A stretch of 32,000 nt of DNA from assembly GCA_000091165.1 (NCBI GenBank), contig FP565575.1, forward strand, positions 1,170,001 through 1,202,000, written 5' to 3'. This DNA is from Candidatus Methylomirabilis oxygeniifera. GTDB lineage: Bacteria; Methylomirabilota; Methylomirabilia; Methylomirabilales; Methylomirabilaceae. Of this stretch, positions 25,004 to 32,000 are shown one piece after another. A model generated the notes under the pieces. It was not told the DNA's origin. It searched no databases and saw only the letters and a program-made list of their open reading frames with translations. Position numbers and translations under genes: made by a program. The first letter of the stretch is position 1, and the number at the start of each line of letters is the position of its first letter.

Positions 25004-26167
25004 TCAGCGGTCGCGAATAGCCGCGACATACGCCTGGTAATTGCGTGTCATCTCCTCAAGGCTGTCGCCACCGAACTTTTCACGAAATGCCCGCGCAATC
25101 TCAAACGCCACAACAGCCTCCCCAACTACCCCGGCGGCGGGGACCGCACAGATATCCGATCGCTCGACGCTCGCCTGAAACGGCTCTTTCGTACGAAGAT
25201 CCACTGAGGCCATTGGCGCGTACTGTGTGGCAATCGGCTTCATTGCGCCCCGAACGACAATCGGTTCGCCGTTCGACATTCCCCCCTCCAACCCACCGGC
25301 CCGGTTGGTCCTCCGCATGAAGCAGCCGTCCTCGTAGAAGATCTCATCATGTGTTTCATACCCGAAGCGCCGGGCGCCCTCAAACCCCAGACCAATCTCC
25401 ACCCCCTTGATCGCCTGAATGCTCATCACCGCCTGGGCAAGCCGACCGTCGAGTTTATCGTCCCATTGCACATAACTACCGAGCCCAACCGGCGGATTGA
25501 GCGCGACTACCTCGAAGACGCCCCCGAGGCTGGTGCCCCTGCTCTTTGCCTCGTCGATCTTCCGCATCATCGCATCACCCGCATGCTGATCCGCGCATCG
25601 CACCGGGGAGAGTTCTGCGCGCTCTCGAATCTCCGCAAACGAGAGGCCATCGGTCTTGGCTTCGATCCCGCCGATCGCCAAGACATGACTGAATACCTCA
25701 ACGCCGAACTGCAGCAGTAACCGCTTGCAGACGGCCCCGACAGCCATACGTGCGGCCGTTTCTCTGGCGCTGGCTCGTTCAAGTACATTGCGGATATCCT
25801 GATGCCCGTACTTGAGCGCTCCGGCTAAATCCGCGTGTCCCGGTCTTGGTCGGGTGACGGGTTCTTTTGGATCGGTCTCCCTCCCGGCCGGCGTCGGATC
25901 CATCGTGAGCTTCCAGTTATCCCAATCACGGTTCGCGATCAGGATGGCAATCGGGCTACCCAAGGTCAGACCGTGACGAACGCCGCCCACAATGTTGGCC
26001 TCGTCCTTTTCGATGCGCATCCTACCGCCGCGTCCATACCCCTGCTGCCTTCTCACCAGCTCGCACGTGATCTCCCCGGCCGCGATCGGAAGATTGGCCG
26101 GGATACCCTCCAGGATCGTTGTCAGCATAGGACCGTGGGTTTCGCCGGCAGTCAGGTAACGCAACAT
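25004..26167 (-). CDS. aroC: Chorismate synthase
   Basis: Canonical N-terminus MLRYLTAGETHGP, plus RPGHAD and GRSSARETA-like (RASARETAAR) motifs. Start placed at ATG 26167. The track's 61-aa extension to 26350 is Arg/Trp-rich junk that overlaps the upstream gene. Confidence 0.95.
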   Translation of the reverse strand: MLRYLTAGETHGPMLTTILEGIPANLPIAAGEITCELVRRQQGYGRGGRMRIEKDEANIVGGVRHGLTLGSPIAILIANRDWDNWKLTMDPTPAGRETDPKEPVTRPRPGHADLAGALKYGHQDIRNVLERASARETAARMAVGAVCKRLLLQFGVEVFSHVLAIGGIEAKTDGLSFAEIRERAELSPVRCADQHAGDAMMRKIDEAKSRGTSLGGVFEVVALNPPVGLGSYVQWDDKLDGRLAQAVMSIQAIKGVEIGLGFEGARRFGYETHDEIFYEDGCFMRRTNRAGGLEGGMSNGEPIVVRGAMKPIATQYAPMASVDLRTKEPFQASVERSDICAVPAAGVVGEAVVAFEIARAFREKFGGDSLEEMTRNYQAYVAAIRDR

Positions 26168-26171
26168 ATGA

Positions 26172-26984
26172 TCACTCCGCGATCGTGCTCGCCTGTCCCT
26201 CCGGCGGCTGGATCCCTGAACGCTGCAGCAGATACTCGATACAGTTTCGTGCGAAACGTTCCCGATCCTTCCAGATATCCTTATCCAGAGGTGAAGCCAT
26301 ATCCAGCGCGATTGCCAGGATTGTCCCTCGGCCTTGGCTTCTTTCCGCAATGAGCGGCATCAGGCGATGTCCACCTCCTGCAATTTCGCGACCACCAGGA
26401 TCTCCTCCTCCCGCAAACGCCGCCTTGGATCCCTTACGATACTGCGCGATCTCCACCGCACCGCTGTGTAGTTGAAGCTCATTAAAGTATCCCATCGGTG
26501 GAAACGTCACCCCTTGAAGAATCTGGTGGTTCGGCTGGAGAAGGATCGTTGGGCCATATGGGTTGTAACCGAAGTCGTCCCTCTGTGGCTTTAGCGGCAA
26601 AAGGTCGCCCAACGCGGTACCGGCGTACCCTCCGCTCCCATAAGACCGCTTTCCGCCGGTCACCAGTACAGCGCCTCCGAGCGCCAGATAGTCTGTAAGT
26701 CCATCACGGACAGCCTCCGGCAGGCTGTCATAGCTCACGTTTGAGAGGATGACCAGTGAAAACGCAGTCAGCGGAGATTCTCCGAGTTCGTGTTTAACGA
26801 CCGCGCCCGTCCCCGATTCTACCTCTGACCAGGTGAGATAGGAATCATCGCCCAGTGAAAGGATCATTGGTCCGCTTTCGGCTGCGAGGTCGCGCGGCCC
26901 AGGAAGCCCCCAGATCAGGAGCGCAGCAACTCCGATCACAAGCAGCCAACTGACCGAAGAGAAATATTTCAACAGCTTACGCAT
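26172..26984 (-). CDS. Membrane-anchored class-I glutamine-amidotransferase-like (GATase1_like/DUF1355-type) protein, function unknown
   Basis: It has an N-terminal TM anchor, MRKLLKYFSSVSWLLVIGVAALLIW. FSLVILSNVSYDSLPEAVRDGLTDYLALGGAVLVTGGKRSYGSGGYAGTALGDLLPL then matches the remembered GATase1-like pattern (viLsDv...l..fV..GGgLl..GG..sfg.GgY..T.l...LPv). ATG at 26984; the stop lies 4 nt before aroC. Confidence 0.6.
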   Translation of the reverse strand: MRKLLKYFSSVSWLLVIGVAALLIWGLPGPRDLAAESGPMILSLGDDSYLTWSEVESGTGAVVKHELGESPLTAFSLVILSNVSYDSLPEAVRDGLTDYLALGGAVLVTGGKRSYGSGGYAGTALGDLLPLKPQRDDFGYNPYGPTILLQPNHQILQGVTFPPMGYFNELQLHSGAVEIAQYRKGSKAAFAGGGDPGGREIAGGGHRLMPLIAERSQGRGTILAIALDMASPLDKDIWKDRERFARNCIEYLLQRSGIQPPEGQASTIAE

Positions 26985-27086
26985 GAGGGGTCCTTTACAG
27001 GCCGGATTGTACTCCAACTAGTAGCACGATAAAAAGGAAAATCCAGTCGACAAGCAGGTTGGGGAGAAGATATAAGTGGGCAGTAC

Positions 27087-27953
27087 TCACTGAGCCGACG
27101 ACTCAGCACTAGTCTTGATTTTTCGATAGCATAGCCGAACGCCCGAGTCGGCATCCTTGATCCGCTCCAACTCCTTGAGTAACCTCACTGGAACCGACTG
27201 ATCGATCGCGGTGCTCTCGCCATGCGCGAGAACGTTCGGCAACGGGGCATGAACAACCGGATCCTCGATCTGAAACTTGCCTCGGCGTCTTCCTTTTGCC
27301 GTCACTTCAACGTCGATCCACGGCTTCCATGGAGTCTTGGAGAGATTTGTGACGACTCCGATCAGATGGCCATCTATCATCTGGACTTCAGCCACGGAGA
27401 ATTCAAGCGGCTCTCCAGGACACAGCCCCTCGCCGGAACGGCCCTTTGCTAGACGTTCGGGCGCAATCTCGATGATACCCCGTCGATCCAACTTAGCCAG
27501 ATCGTCTCGTTTCAATCCGTAGACGTCGACTCCCCGCTCCTCAACAACCTTGGCATTCACAAAGCTGTCGTCACGATTAGTGATCAGATAATCCTCCAAC
27601 GGCATGGTCGTACTCGACGGATGCAGCGCGGGGAGGCTTTTTACTCCGAAGATAGCGTAGACATCGTTAAGGCTCACCTCTCCGACATTCCCGTTGATTG
27701 TACTCCAAAAGATACGGCCCTTCGGTGTTCCCCGCGTACAGTCCTTGGCAATGTCTGAGTTACGTTCGTCGACTCCAATCGGCTGTTCGCCGGTCTCCGG
27801 ACTATTTCCGCCACCCTGGCTGTTAGAAAGGGTGCAATCATCCGCGACAATGAAATGTCCGCCTTTGAGGTAGATCAGGTATTCGGCATTCGCGGCGGAA
27901 CACAACCCAATGATGAGCAACACAGCGAGCGTTCCGATCTGGAAGGTTTTCAT
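27087..27953 (-). CDS. Secreted hypothetical protein (signal peptide, no recognised domain)
   Basis: 288 aa with signal peptide MKTFQIGTLAVLLIIGLCSAANA|EY. ATG at 27953 has an AGGAAG SD 7 nt upstream and lies 46 nt downstream of the pilQ stop. No motif I can place. Confidence 0.7.
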   Translation of the reverse strand: MKTFQIGTLAVLLIIGLCSAANAEYLIYLKGGHFIVADDCTLSNSQGGGNSPETGEQPIGVDERNSDIAKDCTRGTPKGRIFWSTINGNVGEVSLNDVYAIFGVKSLPALHPSSTTMPLEDYLITNRDDSFVNAKVVEERGVDVYGLKRDDLAKLDRRGIIEIAPERLAKGRSGEGLCPGEPLEFSVAEVQMIDGHLIGVVTNLSKTPWKPWIDVEVTAKGRRRGKFQIEDPVVHAPLPNVLAHGESTAIDQSVPVRLLKELERIKDADSGVRLCYRKIKTSAESSAQ

Positions 27954-27999
27954 GGTATCGCTTCCTATGCCCTATACCCTACACCCTTGTTTTTCTGTG

Positions 28000-30450
28000 C
28001 TAGAGCCGAGACTCCTGGAGGACAGAGGGCGTAAGAAAAATCAGAAGCTCCACGCGCTCATCCGGTCCGATCGCGCGGCGCTTGAAAAGCCAACCGAGAA
28101 TCGGGATATCGCCAAGAACCGGTACCTGATCTGAAATAATCGTCTCGCTGGATTGAAGCAGACCGCCGATCACGACAGTGGAGCCGTTCTGAACCATGAT
28201 GTTGGTGGTGGCCTTGCGCGTGTTGATGGGGAAGACAAATCCTCCGCTAAAGTTCACCTGCTGTCCTGGGAAGGAACGCTCCGCCTCAACCTTCATCGCG
28301 ACCCGACCGTCTGGTGTGATGTGGGGCTTCACCTTCAGTTTGATAAATGCATCCTGGAACTGAACAACCGTTCTCCCTGAGGCGTCGATGGTGGTATACG
28401 GGACCTGTGTCCCCTGCTTGATCTCCGCTTCTTCATTGTCCTGAGTTGCCACCCTGGGTGACGATAGCGTTCTAATCTTTCCCTGGTTCTCTGCCACCGA
28501 AAGCTGGGCTCCCACAAGGAATCGGTTAGCAAGGCTGCCGATAGTCATGCCGATCGCAAGGTGGGGCGACGTTGCTGGGAGGTTTAGGGCGAGCGGCACT
28601 GACCCGAACGGGATCCCTCCACCGGTCGTCGTGGGAAGCCCAGAATTTGTCGGGAATTGCAATGAGTTGGTAGTTCCACCGAAAACCGTCGCCCCTGTGC
28701 CACTCCCCGATTTCGTTGGAATCCCCGTCCCTCCCCACTGGATTCCGAGGCTCTGAGAAAATTTACGTGTGGCTTCGACAATCCTTGCTTCGATCAGGAC
28801 CTGCGGAGTCGGAATATCGATCTGCTTGAGAAACGCCTCCATCCGCTCTACAGCCTCTGGGAGGTCCTTCACGATAATCCGGCTCGATCGCTCATCGACG
28901 ATCACGCTACCATCCTTTGTCTTCAGCGCGCTCAGATGAGTTTTCAGATCAAGCGCCTTCGCATAATTAAACGGCAGCAGTCTGGTGACGAATGGCTCCT
29001 TCGGCGGCGTATCGAGATCCTTAGCAAGTGTAACCATTTTCTGACACGCAGATTCCAGATCGTTGACGATCAGGCTGTTGGTCGTCTCGTCCAGGTCAAT
29101 GTGGCCCCGGCGCGTCTTGAGCCGTTCCAGATGCTTTTGCACCTCTGAAGCTTTCACGTACGCCAAGCGGATGACTCTCGTGCATGGAGGCTCTTGGGCG
29201 TAACGCCGCTCCTCTTCTTCAGTTCTCCGCCTCTCGTCCTCAACCTTCTGTCTCGTTTGCTGCACCCTTCGTTTCTCTTCCTCTATCCGCAACTCTTTGA
29301 GCGCTGTCTGCTCAATATCTTTTGCCCGCTCTTCCTTGTTCTTTTGGATCTCGTTCTTTGAACCCACATAGATCAGATTACCGTCCTGCTCGTAGCTGAG
29401 GCCCTTGGCTCGGAGGATCACATCCAGCGCCTGGCGCCACTCGATATTATTCAAACGTACTGTAACGTCGCGGTCCTTTCGATCCTTCATGCCATGCGCG
29501 ACAACGATATTCAGACCGCTCACCTCAGAGATGAGGCGCAGCAGATCATCGAGGTCGGCCCCTTTGAAATCCAACGATAACCGCTTGTTGCCGGCGGGCG
29601 GCGACGCAGGTGTCGGCAGAGTCGGTTGGTTGGCGGCAGCCGCAGGTAACGGCAACGGCGCCCCTCCTGGTATGTCGGCTGCTTCATGGTAAGGACGTTC
29701 GGCCGCTTCCGGGACAGCCGGTTTCTTCGCCGGTGGCGCCCCGGACGCGATCGGACCGCTCCGCTCCACGAGCGAGGCCGGTTGGTCGATGTCGGTTGCC
29801 GGCTTTACCACCATCGCGGGTACTGTCGGCTTGACGTCAGGCGTCTCCCTTTTCGCAAGTTCGACGGGACCGACTACAGGTGGTTCGGCAGCGCTCACTA
29901 CAGGCTTGGCGGTCAGCTCCGGTCGTGCGGGTTCTTGTGCGACCGGCGCTTGCTCAGACACCTCGGGACTGACTAGAATCTGCAAGCCGTTTCCCGTTAA
30001 CTCTACGCGGTATGGCAGCAGGTGGTTGAGATCGAACTTGAGGCGGACAACCGGGTTGGGAGTTTGCTGGAGTTGCATCGTCTCAACTCGCAAGATAGGG
30101 GAATCTGATGGTAGAATGATAGTCTGGCTGATGGCGTCTCGAGCGTGGGGGAGATCGATGATAAGGCTCGGCGGCGTGTGCGCTGCGAACGAGGCATAAT
30201 CAACCAATGCCCCATCGGCGGTCACAATAATCGACGCGCGGCCCGGTCCTTCTGCTCGGACCTGCACATCGGTAATATCGACGACTCTCGCCACAGAAGA
30301 GACCCCCGGCAAGGATGGATCACTCAAGGACTGCTGCGATGTTCTGTTCGTCGATACGCCAGAAGTGGCGCAGGATGTGAAAAATACGAAGAGAACTGCG
30401 CCGGCAAGCCGGCGCCTTCTTGAACTTGAGATGTGGTCGGGTCCGGTCAC
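28000..30450 (-). CDS. pilQ: Type IV pilus secretin PilQ (AMIN domain, P/A-rich linker, N0, ER/K insertion, N1, secretin)
   Basis: 816 aa; the C-terminal secretin core is NGSTVVIGGLLQSSETIISDQVPVLGDIPILGWLFKRR. An AMIN-like beta domain spans res ~55-160 and an N0-like segment reads LSLDFKGADLDDLLRLISEVSGLNIVV. GTG start at 30450, 2 nt after the pilP stop. A possible lipobox is FFTSC. Confidence 0.93.
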   Translation of the reverse strand: MTGPDHISSSRRRRLAGAVLFVFFTSCATSGVSTNRTSQQSLSDPSLPGVSSVARVVDITDVQVRAEGPGRASIIVTADGALVDYASFAAHTPPSLIIDLPHARDAISQTIILPSDSPILRVETMQLQQTPNPVVRLKFDLNHLLPYRVELTGNGLQILVSPEVSEQAPVAQEPARPELTAKPVVSAAEPPVVGPVELAKRETPDVKPTVPAMVVKPATDIDQPASLVERSGPIASGAPPAKKPAVPEAAERPYHEAADIPGGAPLPLPAAAANQPTLPTPASPPAGNKRLSLDFKGADLDDLLRLISEVSGLNIVVAHGMKDRKDRDVTVRLNNIEWRQALDVILRAKGLSYEQDGNLIYVGSKNEIQKNKEERAKDIEQTALKELRIEEEKRRVQQTRQKVEDERRRTEEEERRYAQEPPCTRVIRLAYVKASEVQKHLERLKTRRGHIDLDETTNSLIVNDLESACQKMVTLAKDLDTPPKEPFVTRLLPFNYAKALDLKTHLSALKTKDGSVIVDERSSRIIVKDLPEAVERMEAFLKQIDIPTPQVLIEARIVEATRKFSQSLGIQWGGTGIPTKSGSGTGATVFGGTTNSLQFPTNSGLPTTTGGGIPFGSVPLALNLPATSPHLAIGMTIGSLANRFLVGAQLSVAENQGKIRTLSSPRVATQDNEEAEIKQGTQVPYTTIDASGRTVVQFQDAFIKLKVKPHITPDGRVAMKVEAERSFPGQQVNFSGGFVFPINTRKATTNIMVQNGSTVVIGGLLQSSETIISDQVPVLGDIPILGWLFKRRAIGPDERVELLIFLTPSVLQESRL

Positions 30451-30452
30451 TT

Positions 30453-30947
30453 TTATCTCGATACGATCGGCGGCAAATGTTTTTCTACGTAACGAGTCAG
30501 CAACTTACCCTCCGGACTCTTTGTTTGCACCTCAAACACGACGCTATCATTGGTAATCTTCACGACTTTGGCCGAATCAACTACATCGTTTTCGCGGATG
30601 ACGTACCCCATACCTGGCGGCAGATCCGACTCCACCAACGCATAGAGGGAGCGGGCTTCCCGAACAATACCCTTTAGCGTGAGATGCACTGTCGGGGGCT
30701 TTTCTGCCATCATCATCCGAGATGGTCGAAACGGATCGCGACGCCCTCTCGACTGATACATAGCAGGATCCCGCCTCTCATCCTGAAGCGCGGAAGCAAC
30801 GGGACCTGCCTGCCTGGGCAGGCTCTGTCCAGGGAGCGGGGGCGTATCTCTGCCGCAGGCTATGGCCACCACAATAATCGAGATGACCACAACGGCAACG
30901 GCTGCCTCGCGCAGGAATTTACTTTGTCGCGCTTGCCCCCTCACCAC
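30453..30947 (-). CDS. pilP: Type IV pilus assembly lipoprotein PilP
   Basis: 164 aa with lipobox VAIAC|G, the RRDPFRPS motif and a C-terminal beta domain (LKGIVREARSLYALVE...VKITNDSVVFEV). GTG start overlaps pilO by 29 nt. Confidence 0.8.
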   Translation of the reverse strand: MVRGQARQSKFLREAAVAVVVISIIVVAIACGRDTPPLPGQSLPRQAGPVASALQDERRDPAMYQSRGRRDPFRPSRMMMAEKPPTVHLTLKGIVREARSLYALVESDLPPGMGYVIRENDVVDSAKVVKITNDSVVFEVQTKSPEGKLLTRYVEKHLPPIVSR

Positions 30948-31539
30948 TCTTCGCCCCAGAAGCGCCTGTGTAGCTATAGGTTACCACGCTAAACTCAGCC
31001 TGGATGGTGTCTCCAGCCCTCCGCCCTTTTGTTGCCTCACGAACGGTGAGGTCAGCGACGTTGACAATCCGCTCCAACTGGCCAAATCGCTCAAAGAGAA
31101 GCCCGACGTCATGGTACGTTCCCGTTACCTTGAGTTGGATGGGAACTTCAGTGTAGAACTCCTTTGCCACAGGGGTCCCTGGCTTGAACAAGGTGACATC
31201 CAAATCCGTCTCCTGACCGAGGCCGGCAACTCGTTTCAATAACGCTGGAATCTCTTTTTCAGTCGGAAGCTGCTGGACTGTCCGCTGAAGCTGCGCCTCC
31301 AGAAGCTTGATCTCTTGTTCAAGGTGAGGCTTCCGGCCGGCGATCTGCCTGGTCTGTTCCACCTGCGCTCTCAATCGGAGCAATTCGGCTTGGGCTTCGC
31401 TCCGTGCGGCCCATTCCGCTCCGAGAACAAATTGCCAGTAGAGAATGACTGCCAGTGTACCGACGACGACACCGAGAGCGACCTTTTGCGTCAGCGGGAG
31501 ATTAGCCGTGTGAGCCGACAGGTCAAAAGAAGGCAGCAT
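30919..31539 (-). CDS. pilO: Type IV pilus assembly protein PilO
   Basis: 206 aa; one TM helix, a coiled coil, then LPTEKEIPALLKRVAGLGQETDLDVTLFKPG...YTEVPIQLKVTGTYHDVGLLFERF, which is typical of PilO. ATG at 31539 with a GGGGGAGGG SD. Confidence 0.87.
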   Translation of the reverse strand: MLPSFDLSAHTANLPLTQKVALGVVVGTLAVILYWQFVLGAEWAARSEAQAELLRLRAQVEQTRQIAGRKPHLEQEIKLLEAQLQRTVQQLPTEKEIPALLKRVAGLGQETDLDVTLFKPGTPVAKEFYTEVPIQLKVTGTYHDVGLLFERFGQLERIVNVADLTVREATKGRRAGDTIQAEFSVVTYSYTGASGAKSGEGASATK

Positions 31540-31554
31540 CCCTCCCCCTTCCGT

Positions 31555-32000
31555 CTACGCTGACAAGATCGCAAGGATCTCGAATCGCTCGACCGGCTTG
31601 GTTTCATACAACTCAAGCTCAGAAAAGTTCAGTTCAACACTGCTAATGATCGGCTTGAGTCGCTGAAGCGCCAGCATTAATTCGGCAACAACAACGTGTG
31701 AGGAGGCATATCCCCGAATCACCAACCGTCCGGAGACCTTACTGATTCCGGTGAGCCATCCGCCCTCAGGTAATGCCTGGCTGATGCCGTCAAGTAAACG
31801 GACCGGACTATCCTGGCCGTCGGCCAAGCGCTGCACAAGCGCAAGGCGATCCTGAAGCTGTTTCTTATCGCGACTATACTGCTCAACCAATTGGACCGTC
31901 TGTTGGTTCCTGGTGATCTCGTCGATTGTCGCGACGATATCGGCCCGAAGTTGTGTGACGTCCCGCCTCACAACCAGCCAGTACCCCCACATCCCGCCGA
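31555..32000 (-). CDS. pilN: Type IV pilus assembly protein PilN (5' end outside the window)
   Basis: Coiled-coil plus ferredoxin-like C-terminus (LDGISQALPEGGWLTGISKVSGRLVIRGYASSHVVVAELMLAL) in the pilN position. The frame stays open to position 32000, and the expected INLLP/TM N-terminus is missing, so the gene is truncated by the window edge. Confidence 0.8.
   Translation of the reverse strand, partial: GGMWGYWLVVRRDVTQLRADIVATIDEITRNQQTVQLVEQYSRDKKQLQDRLALVQRLADGQDSPVRLLDGISQALPEGGWLTGISKVSGRLVIRGYASSHVVVAELMLALQRLKPIISSVELNFSELELYETKPVERFEILAILSA

Noticed and set aside
24395-25207. 270-aa plus-strand ORF
   Set aside because: It is antisense to aroK and aroC and has Ser/Arg-rich low complexity.
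26168-26350. 61-aa N-terminal extension of aroC in the ORF track
   Set aside because: The canonical chorismate synthase start MLRYLTAGETHGP is at 26167. The extension overlaps the upstream gene's 3' end and is Arg/Trp/Ser-rich.

Overview
GC-rich (roughly 58-60% by eye) bacterial chromosomal segment, almost entirely core housekeeping genes. All 33 protein genes and 3 tRNAs lie on the minus strand except rpmB. Reading high to low coordinates: pilN(partial)-pilO-pilP-pilQ, two uncharacterised exported proteins, aroC-aroK-aroB-aroQ, efp, thiE, and a Liv-type branched-chain amino-acid ABC transporter (SBP-livH-[repeat spacer]-livM::livG fusion-livF-SBP). These are followed by tsaC, rel/spoT, rpmB (+), rsmD-coaD, an aminotransferase, miaB, hpt, a radical-SAM gene and two unusual polytopic membrane proteins (one VKOR-fused). 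The window ends with IHF/HU-MerR, tRNA-Pro(GGG), surE-pcm, tRNA-Pro(CGG), apt, tRNA-Arg(CCT) and a partial TPR-like gene. I found no CRISPR, transposase, integrase, phage or recognisable defence genes. The best candidate for something undescribed is the tightly coupled radical-SAM / VKOR-12TM fusion / 12TM His-motif cluster (3753-7617). Other oddities are REP-like repeats inside the liv operon, one of which forms the linker of the livM-livG fusion. There is also tRNA/mRNA interleaving with a 3-nt stop-to-tRNA gap, a terminator 9 nt upstream of surE, and an ER/K-rich insertion in PilQ. All functional calls rest on motif recognition from memory; no database search was possible. The ORF track accepts GTG starts, so I checked start codons by hand.
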